Positions 11,430-21,372 of a stretch of DNA of 64,000 bases are shown in pieces. Under the pieces are notes generated by a model. It was not told the DNA's origin, ran no database searches, and saw only the letters and a program-made list of their open reading frames with translations. The stretch comes from an uncultured delta proteobacterium. GTDB lineage: Bacteria > Myxococcota_A > Polyangia > Polyangiales > B10-G4. Each line of letters opens with the position of its first letter. Position 1 is the first letter of the stretch. The stretch is from contig CAVSGI010000006.1 of the NCBI GenBank assembly GCA_963727445.1, positions 128,001 through 192,000 of the forward strand, given 5' to 3'. A program made the translations under genes and the position numbers.

Positions 11430-14400
11430 CTACATTCCGCAGATGCCCGGGGTGCCGCCGCCCCCGCAGGTCTGCGCACCCATGCAGGTGATGCCGCAGT
11501 CGCCGCAGTTGCCGTCGTCGGTGTTGGTATCGACGCACATCCCGCTGCAGCACATGTTGGCGCCGCCGGTGCAGGGCGAGCCGCAGCCGCCGCAGTTCAT
11601 CATGTCGGTGTTGGTGTCGACGCAGGTGTTGCCGCAGCATTGGTTGCCGCCGCCGCCGCAGCCGCCGCAGTTGACGGTCGAGCCGCAACCGTTGTCGATC
11701 ATGCCGCAGTCGCTGGCGCCGCACGTCGTGATGGTCGGCGTGCATCCGCAGACGCCGGCCGTACCGCCTCCGCCGCAGGTCTCGGGAAGGGTGCAGGAGC
11801 CGCAGCTCACCATCGAGCCGCAGCCATCGGCGACCATCCCGCAGTCCATCCCGGAGCAATCGGCGCTGGGTGTGCATCCGCAGACGCCTGTGCTGCCGCC
11901 GCCCCCGCAGGTCTCGGGAAGGGTGCAGGAGCCGCAGCTCACCATCGAGCCGCAGCCATCGGCGACCATCCCGCAGTTCATGCCGGTGCAGTCGGGGCTG
12001 GGCGTGCATCCGCAGATGCCCGTCGTGCCGCCGCCGCCGCAGGTCTCGGGGGAGGTGCAGGAGCCGCAGCTCGCCGTCCCGCCGCAGTTGTCGGACACGG
12101 TGCCGCAGTTGCGGCCGGAGCAGTTGGGGCTGGGGGTGCATCCGCAGGTGCGCGGGGTGCCGCCGCCGCCGCAGGTCTCGGGGGAGCTGCAGGAGGTGCT
12201 GCAGGCGCCGCAGGTGACGTCGCGAGTCAGACTCGCCTCACAGCCGTTGCCGTCGACCGAGTCGCAGTCGTCCCAGTTCGGCAGGTTGCAGCTCGCGATC
12301 TGACACGACCCGCTGGCACAGGTGGCGGTGGCGTGCGCCCGCGAGCATCCCGTGCCGCAGGTTCCGCAGTTGCTGTTGGTGTTGAGCGGCGTCTCGCAGC
12401 CGTTGCTGCGCATGCCGTCACAGTCGTCCCAGCCCCCGTTGCAGGTCGCGATCCGGCAGGTCCCGGTCGCACAGGTCGCGGTCGCGTGAGAGAGCGAGCA
12501 CCCGATGCCGCAGCCGCCACAATCGCTCAGGGTGACGAGCTGGGTCTCACAGCCATCGGAGTCGTCGCCATTGCAGTCGCCCCAGCCCGGGTTGCAGCTC
12601 GCGATTCGGCACGTCCCGGTGCCGCAGGTGGCGGTGGCGTTGGCGCGCGAGCAGCCGGTGCCGCAGGTGCCGCAATCGCTCAGGGTGCGCAGGCTCGTCT
12701 CGCAGCCGTTGCCGACGCTTCCATCGCAGTCGCCGTAGGCCGAGTCGCAGCCGGCGATGTCGCAGTCGCCCGCGATGCAGACGGGTGTGCCGTTGGTGGC
12801 AGTGCAGCGCCTGTCGCAGCGACCGCAGCGGTTCACGTCCGTCTGGAGGTCGGTCTCGCAGCCGTTGGTGTTGCCGCCCGAGCAGTCTTCCTGGCCGGCG
12901 TTGACGCACTCGCACTGGTAGGTGTCGACGCCCGTCTCGGTGCAGTGCTGCTGGGCGGCGCCTCCGGAGCGGTAGCAGGCCGCGCCGCAGCGTCCGCAGT
13001 TGGACTCGTCGTCGAAGGCGACGCACATGCCGCCGCAGCACATCATCCCGTCGCCGCAGGCCGCGTCGCCGCCACAAGAGCACTCGCCGATGCTGCCGTC
13101 GCCATCCAGGTCCGCGCATTGGTCGGCGACCGGGCGCCCCAGCGGCCGGCCCGCGTCCGCGTTGCAGTCTCGGCCGCACGCGCCGCAGTTCTGTTCGTCG
13201 TCGAGCGCCTCGCAGCCCGTGGCGCAGCAGCGATCGCCGTCGGCGCACTCCGCGCCGCCGTTGGCGGTGCAGACGCAGGATCCGTCTGCGCAGTCGTCGT
13301 TGCGGATGGCGTCGCACTGGACGCGACAGCCGCCGCAGTTCTGGAAGCTGAGCACCTCGCTCACCGGGCCCGTGGCGCTGCCGGTCATGTCGAGGTCGCA
13401 CCACTCCATCATCGAGCCTGCCGGGCAGGCCACGCAGCCGCGCACGCCGTCGGGATAGCTCATGGTGGGCATGTCGAAGACTTCGTTGACCACCCCATCG
13501 CAGTCGTTGTCGACCGGGTCGCAGGCCTCGGCGGTCCCCGGGTTGATCGCCGGGTCCATGTCGCAGGCGGGCGGCTCGGCCCAACCGTCCATGTCGGTGT
13601 CCGACTCGCAGCCGTTGTCGGCGACGCCGTCGCAGTCGTCGTCGACCATGTCGCACTGCTCCGGAGCGCCCACGTAGATCATGGGGTTCGTGTCGTCGCA
13701 GTCGCGCGGGCCCGCGGCGAAGCCGTCGTGATCGGCATCCGTCGCGTCACAGGGCGTGAACATCCCGTCGCAGTTCTGGTCGATGTTGTCGCCGCAAATC
13801 TCGACCGCGCCGGGATGGATCCCCGCGTCGCAGTCGTTGCAGTCGCAGCCCGCCACCGCCATCACGGTGCAGGCGATGGCCCCGTCGCGGTCCTGATCGT
13901 CCGGGGCGCAGGTGGCGAGCTCGTCGATCAGCCCATTGCAGTTCTCGTCGACGGGGGTGTCGCCGCTGGCGGTGCAGGTCTCGGTCGCGCCCGGGTTGAT
14001 GTTCGGGTCGTCGTCGTTGCAGTCGACGTCGCCGCAGAAACCGTCTCCGTCGAGATCGCAGCACGAGTCGACTCCGTCGCAGTTCTCGTCGATGGCGTTG
14101 CCGCAGAGCCCATCCTCGACGTTTCGCGACTCGACCACCATCGGGTTGATGTCGGGGTTGTCGTCGTCGCAGTCGCAGCTGCCGAGGACGTCCGAGGCGG
14201 AGCAGTTGCGCCAGCCGTCTTCGTCCTGGTCGAGGCAGGGCACGTCGCCGTTGCGGTCATCGGGCGCCCACGGCTGATTGCAGTTCTGGTCGATCCCGTC
14301 TTCGCACTGCTCGGGCGCGCCGGGATAGGTGTCCTGCGGGCGGTTGCAGCAGCCCGAGCCGTCGGCGAGGCAGGGTTCTTCGAAGCGGTCGCAGGTCGCC

Positions 14401-14891
14401 GCGGGCCCTTCGTTGCAGTCGTTGGCGATGCTGCCGGGGCACAGATACTCGGGCGGACAATTGCTGCCGTCGGCGTCGATGCACGCCTCCTGCGGGTCGA
14501 GCCCGAATCCGTCGCCGTCCTCGTCGGTGGCGAGGCGCACCAGCCGGACCGCGTCCTCGATGATCCCGTCGATGGGATAGCAGCGGGTGGCGACCACCAG
14601 GGTTCCGGCGGGTGTCTTCCCCTCGAGGTGCACCATCACGCGGCGGGCCTCGGGATCGGTGATGGTCACGCGGATCGGGGCGTCGGCGTTGATCTGGTCC
14701 GCGGTTCGATTGACGCTGCCCTGCTGGACCCGATAGATGGGGTTCGTCTCGTCGAGGATGACCGTCCGCACCGTCAGCGTCTCGACGTCGGCGTCGCTTC
14801 GGGCCGTGATCAGAACGGCGTGCTCCGGAGCACATCCCACGAGCGACACGAGGGCGCCGATGAGAGCGAAGGCAAGACGAGCGCGGACCAC
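11430..14891 (-). CDS. Large Cys-rich lipoprotein with MopE-type putative metal-binding repeats, Stig1-like repeats and C-terminal 44-aa tandem repeats
   Basis: Lipobox-like SLVGC. About 6 DC(D/N)D..I.PGA.E.C...D.(N/D)CDG repeats, ~51-aa GCET.L...CG.CG repeats and 44-aa CTPS..C...CG...D.CG repeats. Confidence 0.85.
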   Translation of the reverse strand: MVRARLAFALIGALVSLVGCAPEHAVLITARSDADVETLTVRTVILDETNPIYRVQQGSVNRTADQINADAPIRVTITDPEARRVMVHLEGKTPAGTLVVATRCYPIDGIIEDAVRLVRLATDEDGDGFGLDPQEACIDADGSNCPPEYLCPGSIANDCNEGPAATCDRFEEPCLADGSGCCNRPQDTYPGAPEQCEDGIDQNCNQPWAPDDRNGDVPCLDQDEDGWRNCSASDVLGSCDCDDDNPDINPMVVESRNVEDGLCGNAIDENCDGVDSCCDLDGDGFCGDVDCNDDDPNINPGATETCTASGDTPVDENCNGLIDELATCAPDDQDRDGAIACTVMAVAGCDCNDCDAGIHPGAVEICGDNIDQNCDGMFTPCDATDADHDGFAAGPRDCDDTNPMIYVGAPEQCDMVDDDCDGVADNGCESDTDMDGWAEPPACDMDPAINPGTAEACDPVDNDCDGVVNEVFDMPTMSYPDGVRGCVACPAGSMMEWCDLDMTGSATGPVSEVLSFQNCGGCRVQCDAIRNDDCADGSCVCTANGGAECADGDRCCATGCEALDDEQNCGACGRDCNADAGRPLGRPVADQCADLDGDGSIGECSCGGDAACGDGMMCCGGMCVAFDDESNCGRCGAACYRSGGAAQQHCTETGVDTYQCECVNAGQEDCSGGNTNGCETDLQTDVNRCGRCDRRCTATNGTPVCIAGDCDIAGCDSAYGDCDGSVGNGCETSLRTLSDCGTCGTGCSRANATATCGTGTCRIASCNPGWGDCNGDDSDGCETQLVTLSDCGGCGIGCSLSHATATCATGTCRIATCNGGWDDCDGMRSNGCETPLNTNSNCGTCGTGCSRAHATATCASGSCQIASCNLPNWDDCDSVDGNGCEASLTRDVTCGACSTSCSSPETCGGGGTPRTCGCTPSPNCSGRNCGTVSDNCGGTASCGSCTSPETCGGGGTTGICGCTPSPDCTGMNCGMVADGCGSMVSCGSCTLPETCGGGGSTGVCGCTPSADCSGMDCGMVADGCGSMVSCGSCTLPETCGGGGTAGVCGCTPTITTCGASDCGMIDNGCGSTVNCGGCGGGGNQCCGNTCVDTNTDMMNCGGCGSPCTGGANMCCSGMCVDTNTDDGNCGDCGITCMGAQTCGGGGTPGICGM
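11740..12180. repeat. 132-bp tandem direct repeats inside the Cys-rich gene
   Basis: gtgcatccgcag recurs at 11740, 11872, 12004 and 12136; a 73-nt identical block lies at 11773-11845 and 11905-11977. Confidence 0.85.
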
Positions 14892-14960
14892 GGGCCAAGC
14901 TTAGCAGAGCCGCGATCGCTTTGCTTTGCCGACCTCCCGTGGTTAAGAGGGCGCCGGCTC

Positions 14961-17339
14961 GTGGAAAAGACGTTCGAAGACTTGGAGTGGGGTCGCCTTT
15001 CGGCGGCGCTCCGGGCCCGCCTGGCGGCGCCCCGGGCCGAGGAGCGCGAGGTCCCCCTCGCACACTCCCTCGATGGGGCGCGCCTGGCCATGGCCGAGAC
15101 GGCCGAGGCGCTGGCTCTGTTGTCGAGAGGAGAGCCCCTGCCTCTCGACGGAATCCGGGACATTCGGCCCGGTCTGTCCCGGGTCGCCCGACAAGGGAGC
15201 CTCGACGGGCCCGGGCTCCGTGACATCGAGGTGACGCTCCGCGCCGCCTCGGCCCTGCGGAAATTCCTCGCCGCGCGCCGACAGGAGGCCCCGGCGCTCC
15301 ACCGGGCGGTGGCGATCGATCCGACCCTCGATCGCCTGGCGGACGAGATCGGCGCCGCGATCGAAGCCGATGGGACGGTGTCGGACAGCGCCAGCCCGGA
15401 TCTCCGGCGCCTGAGGACCGAGGTGCACAACTTGCGCGCCCGCCTCGTCGCCCGCCTCGAGGAGATGATCCAGAAGAACGCGTCGATCCTTTCGGATCGC
15501 TTCTTCACCATTCGCGACGGGCGGTACGTCCTGCCCCTGCGCACGGATGCGCACGAGAGCTTCCCCGGGATCGTCCATGGGACGAGCGGAAGCGGCGCCA
15601 CGCTCTTCGTCGAGCCTCGCGCGGTCATCAATCAGGGGAACAGGCTCAAGGTCGCCGAGGCGGAGATGCAGCGGGAGGAGGCGCGCATCCTTTCGCTCCT
15701 CAGCGATCTCGTACGCGAGCGGGTGGCGGAAGTGAGCGCGGCCCTCGATGCTCTCGAGCACGCGGACCTCCGCAGCGCATCGGCGCGGCTGGGGCGCGAT
15801 CTCGGCGCGCACGTGATCGAGATCGTCGACGCCCCCGAGGTGCACCTCGAACAGGCCAGGCATCCGCTCCTGCTGCTCGACGGCGTCACGGTGGTCCCGA
15901 GCGACCTCGCCATGAGCGAGTCGACCGGGATGGTGATCTCCGGACCGAACGCCGGCGGCAAGACGGTGGCGCTCAAGGTGCTCGGGCTCGCGGCGCTGAT
16001 GGCGCGCGCGGGTGTGCCCTTTCCCGCCGCGGAGGGCAGCCGCATCGGGTTCTTCGATCCCGTGCTGACCGACGTCGGTGACGAGCAGTCGATCGAGAAG
16101 AACCTCTCCACCTTCTCGGCGCACATCACCAACATCGCGCGCATCCTCGATGCCACGCGGCGCGGGGCGATGGTCCTCCTCGACGAGCTCGCGACCGGCA
16201 CCGACCCTGCGGAGGGCGCTGCGCTGGCGTGCGCGATCGCGGAGGAGGTGGTGGCTCGTGGGGGCCTGTTGGCGGTCACCACCCACTACGAGCAGCTCAA
16301 GGCCCTGGCGACCACGCACCCGCAGCTCCGCAATGCGTCCGTCGGCTTCGACGTGGCCCGCCTCATGCCCACCTTCGAGCTCCTCGCGGACGTGCCCGGG
16401 GCTTCGAGCGCGCTCTCGGTCGCCGCGCGTTTCGGGATCGACGCGCACGTGGTCGAGCGTGCGCGGCAGATCCTCCCCGAGCAGGCCCGCAACTTCGAAC
16501 GACTGGTGGGGGAGCTCGGCTCCGCCCGCGCCGCGCTCGACGAGGAGCGGGCTCGACTCTCGACGGAGCGCCGAGAGGTCGCGCACAAGAAGACGAAGCT
16601 CGACGCGCGTGAGGCGGCGCTCGCCGAGCGGGACGCGCGGCGGCTGTCGAAGGAAGCCGAGAAGGTCTCCGAGGAGCTGCGCCGCGCGCACGCACAGCTG
16701 CGCGATGCGAAGAAGGCTCTCAAGCAGCGAGACGCCGACGCCGAAGCGCTGTCGCGTGCCAAGCAGCAGATCGAGGCCGCGGCCAGCGCCAGCGCCGAGG
16801 CACGAAACGCGATCGCTCGCCCCGACGGCGACGAAGAGGAGGGACGGCCGCTCTCGGCGGCCGAGCTCGAGGTCGGTGCGGAGGTCTTCGTCCCGCGACT
16901 CAAGGCGAAGGCGGAGATCCTGGAGGCGCCGCGCCGCGGCCAGGTGAAGATCGCGGCGGGCGCCATCCGGCTGACGGTCGACGTCGGCGATCTGCGCGCG
17001 GCGCCCGAGTCTTCGGACGACGCCGCGCCGAGAGGATCGTCGGGCTCCCCGCCGCCGACTGCGGGTCGTAGCGACGCACCAGCGCTCCGCAGCGCCGACA
17101 ACACCCTCGACGTGCGTGGCCTGCGTGTCGACGATGCGCTGGGCATGATGGATGCCTTCGTCGATCGCCTCTACGGCCGCTCGGCACCCCACGCGTTCAT
17201 CATCCACGGCCACGGCACGGGCGCCTTGCGCGACGCCATTCGCTCCCACCTCGATCGCGACCAGACCTACGTGCGCGCGATCCGCGCCGGGACCCGGGAA
17301 GAGGGCGGCGACGGAATCACCGTCATCACCCTGCGTTGA
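14961..17339 (+). CDS. mutS2: Endonuclease MutS2 (ribosome-collision splitting factor)
   Basis: GIVHGTSGSGATLFVEP, ISGPNAGGKTVALK, DVGDEQSIEKNLSTFSAH, LDELATGTDP, TTHY and Smr domain LDVRG...IIHGHGTGALR...EGGDG. Start GTG 14961. Confidence 0.96.
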   Translation: MEKTFEDLEWGRLSAALRARLAAPRAEEREVPLAHSLDGARLAMAETAEALALLSRGEPLPLDGIRDIRPGLSRVARQGSLDGPGLRDIEVTLRAASALRKFLAARRQEAPALHRAVAIDPTLDRLADEIGAAIEADGTVSDSASPDLRRLRTEVHNLRARLVARLEEMIQKNASILSDRFFTIRDGRYVLPLRTDAHESFPGIVHGTSGSGATLFVEPRAVINQGNRLKVAEAEMQREEARILSLLSDLVRERVAEVSAALDALEHADLRSASARLGRDLGAHVIEIVDAPEVHLEQARHPLLLLDGVTVVPSDLAMSESTGMVISGPNAGGKTVALKVLGLAALMARAGVPFPAAEGSRIGFFDPVLTDVGDEQSIEKNLSTFSAHITNIARILDATRRGAMVLLDELATGTDPAEGAALACAIAEEVVARGGLLAVTTHYEQLKALATTHPQLRNASVGFDVARLMPTFELLADVPGASSALSVAARFGIDAHVVERARQILPEQARNFERLVGELGSARAALDEERARLSTERREVAHKKTKLDAREAALAERDARRLSKEAEKVSEELRRAHAQLRDAKKALKQRDADAEALSRAKQQIEAAASASAEARNAIARPDGDEEEGRPLSAAELEVGAEVFVPRLKAKAEILEAPRRGQVKIAAGAIRLTVDVGDLRAAPESSDDAAPRGSSGSPPPTAGRSDAPALRSADNTLDVRGLRVDDALGMMDAFVDRLYGRSAPHAFIIHGHGTGALRDAIRSHLDRDQTYVRAIRAGTREEGGDGITVITLR

Positions 17340-17348
17340 GCCGCGCCG

Positions 17349-18932
<1,584 letters not shown>

Positions 18933-19017
18933 TGTCGTGAGTCTCGCCGGAGGCCCTGGGCCTTGGGCGGGGCGGATTTTAGCACGCGAGGGGAGGGGGG
19001 CGAGGCGAGCTAAGTGC

Positions 19018-20448
19018 TCAAATGCAGTGCATTTCCCACTGGCTGCGGATCTGGATGGGGCGGCAGCGGCGGCCTCCGTCGCAATCCGAGTCGAGGCAGC
19101 AGGCGTCGGCGCAGGTGCCCATGACGCAGGCGAAGTCGCGGCAGCCCCCATTCGTGCTGCACGACGCGCCGTTTTCGCCAGTGCCGGAGTGTCGCTTGGG
19201 GATGCAGACAGCGAAAACGCTGTCGTAGTCGCGGGCGCCGTTGAAACCGCAGTAGTAGTCGAGGTCCACGACCATGCTGGGGCAATCGGCGGTGGTGGCG
19301 CAGCTCCCGACGCAGACGGGTCCGCAGTCGAAGCCCAAGCAGGCCGTGATGTTCGACGCCAGTCGGCTCGTGCATCCATCCCCGTAGAGATCGGCGTCCC
19401 CCTGGACGATGCTGCCGCCCGACTCGCCGCAGGCGAACTGAATTTCGGCTCCTTCGGTGACCGCAACGCACGCCGTGCCTCCCGAGCAATCCGCGTCCGT
19501 CCCGCAGTTGGCGAGGCACTCGCTCGCTTCGCACACCCCTGACCGGCAGGCACTGCCGCTCGCGCAGCTGGCGCCGACCTCACCCGGCCCGGCCATCACC
19601 AGCGACGGAGGAGCGCAGAGCTCGGCGCCGGTTCCGGAGGCCCAGCACACGCTGCCCCCCGGACATTGACCGTCGGCACAACAGGGCTGGCTGCAGACGC
19701 GTCCCCCGCCGCCCACGCCGAGGGCGGCGCTCATCACGCAGATCGCGGGGGACGTGCAGTCCTTGTCCGTGTTGCACGGATCGCCGATCGCGGCGGGGGT
19801 GACGCATGCCCCGGTCTCCATGTTGCAGATCTGGGGCGACGTGCAAGCGGAGTCGTCCATGCAGCCACCGGTCACGCAGCGCGGCGGGCTCATGGCGAAG
19901 TCGCAGGACTCCCCCATCTGACAGGTGACGGAGGGGAGCGAGCAGTCCATGGCGTCCGCGCAGACGCGATCGATGCACGTCAGACCGCCGGTGCAGAGCG
20001 ACCCGGAACCGTCGTCCTCGTCGATCATCCCGTCGCAGTCGTTGTCTGCGCCGTCGCAGACCTCGATCCCCGGATCGACGACATCACTGCCGGGGTGCGA
20101 GGTGGGGTCGTTGTCGTCGCAGTCCTGCATGTTGCGCATGCCGCCGCCGCACCAGGTGAAGCCGTCCATGTCCTGGTCCTGGCCTTCGTCGACCATGCCG
20201 TCGCAGTCCTCGTCGCCCCCACCACAGAGCTCCTCGCTCCCCGGGACGCAGCCTCCGTCACCGCCATCGGGCACACCGCTGTCGGCGCCGATCAGCACGC
20301 AGAAGCCGCCGCGACATTGGCGTCCATCGGGGCAGGGGTCCCCGCCCATTGGGGTGGCCACGCAGCGGATGTCGTCGTCGCTGAGCGAGACGATCGCCGA
20401 GCAGCCTCCCAAGAGGAGCGTGAAGGCGAGCGCAGACGCGAGGCGCAT
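19018..20448 (-). CDS. Cys-rich lipoprotein with MopE-type repeats
   Basis: MRLASALAFTLLLGGC lipobox; DEDCDGMVDE, DCDDNDPTSHPG...EVCDGADNDCDGMIDE. TGATG overlap with the upstream TPR gene. Confidence 0.8.
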   Translation of the reverse strand: MRLASALAFTLLLGGCSAIVSLSDDDIRCVATPMGGDPCPDGRQCRGGFCVLIGADSGVPDGGDGGCVPGSEELCGGGDEDCDGMVDEGQDQDMDGFTWCGGGMRNMQDCDDNDPTSHPGSDVVDPGIEVCDGADNDCDGMIDEDDGSGSLCTGGLTCIDRVCADAMDCSLPSVTCQMGESCDFAMSPPRCVTGGCMDDSACTSPQICNMETGACVTPAAIGDPCNTDKDCTSPAICVMSAALGVGGGGRVCSQPCCADGQCPGGSVCWASGTGAELCAPPSLVMAGPGEVGASCASGSACRSGVCEASECLANCGTDADCSGGTACVAVTEGAEIQFACGESGGSIVQGDADLYGDGCTSRLASNITACLGFDCGPVCVGSCATTADCPSMVVDLDYYCGFNGARDYDSVFAVCIPKRHSGTGENGASCSTNGGCRDFACVMGTCADACCLDSDCDGGRRCRPIQIRSQWEMHCI

Positions 20449-21275
20449 CAGAACGCCCCTCGCACGCCGACCACGGCGCCGTTTCCATCGGTGCCGAAGA
20501 ATCCAGTCAGGCCTTCGTACTGCGGATAGGTCTCCACTTCGCGCGTGCGGATCGCGTAGAGGAGCGCGGCGGTCAGGGCCGCGATGCCGCCGGTCACGAA
20601 GAGGATGTCCGCCGTGAGCGCGAGGCTGCTCGAATTCGCGGCGTAGTCGTCGCGCTCGACCAGGGTGCACATGTCGCCCACCACGCACTCTGCGTTGCCC
20701 TTCATCACCAGCGCGAGCGCGCCGAAGACGCCGCCGCCCGCGAGGAGAACCGCCGCGCTGATCGCGGTCACCCAGAAGGCGGTATCCGCGACGCCGTGCT
20801 TCTCCACGATCACCGGTCGGTCGAGGTGCGGGTCCTCGGGTGTCTCGGTCGTCGTGTTGTTGGTGACCTGGCCGCGCGCGCCTTCGAGGCGCTCGATGGT
20901 CTCGATCACCCGGCCCCGCTCGTCCTCGTCGTCCTGACCCAGCATGCGCAGGTAGACCTGGTAGTAGCGGATGGCCTCGTCGAGCTCGCCGAGGAGCTCG
21001 TAGACCCGGGCCACGTTGTAGACCAGGGTCGGGGAGCTCGGGTCTTGGGCGAGGGCCTGCTCGAGGTCGGCGATCGCTTCGCGATAGCGTCCGGCTTCGA
21101 AGTGGGCGCGTCCGCTCCGATAGAACTCGACCGCCTGCTGCCGGCGGGCCTCGTCCACGCCGCCCTGCGCCTGAGCACGCGCCGCCGACCCGGTGGAGCC
21201 CAGGCAGACCGACAAGAGAAGCGCGCAGACCAGAGTCGATGCCCAGCGCGGAAGAAGCCAAGCGGCTTTCGCCAT
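20448..21275 (-). CDS. Secreted tetratricopeptide-repeat protein with hydrophobic C-terminal region
   Basis: Signal peptide; TPR GRAHFEAGRYREAIADLEQA...YNVARVYELLGELDEAIRYY; two Gly/Ala-rich hydrophobic helices; ends in VGVRGAF. Confidence 0.8.
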   Translation of the reverse strand: MAKAAWLLPRWASTLVCALLLSVCLGSTGSAARAQAQGGVDEARRQQAVEFYRSGRAHFEAGRYREAIADLEQALAQDPSSPTLVYNVARVYELLGELDEAIRYYQVYLRMLGQDDEDERGRVIETIERLEGARGQVTNNTTTETPEDPHLDRPVIVEKHGVADTAFWVTAISAAVLLAGGGVFGALALVMKGNAECVVGDMCTLVERDDYAANSSSLALTADILFVTGGIAALTAALLYAIRTREVETYPQYEGLTGFFGTDGNGAVVGVRGAF

Positions 21276-21372
21276 TGCCCGAAAGTTACCGTTTCGGGGC
21301 CATGGCGGCAATCGACGACCGCATCCAGCCCCAACAGCACGCACACATCGCAACCGTGGTAATTGCGTACGA

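Noticed and set aside
11740..12180. Regularly spaced repeats as a possible CRISPR array
   Set aside because: The 132-bp period is in-frame protein repeats, the spacers are homologous, and there are no cas genes.
11640..14960. Apparent 1100-aa N-terminal extension of MutS2 (1899-aa ORF)
   Set aside because: It is the stop-free antisense shadow of the Cys-rich gene; MutS2 similarity starts at GTG 14961.
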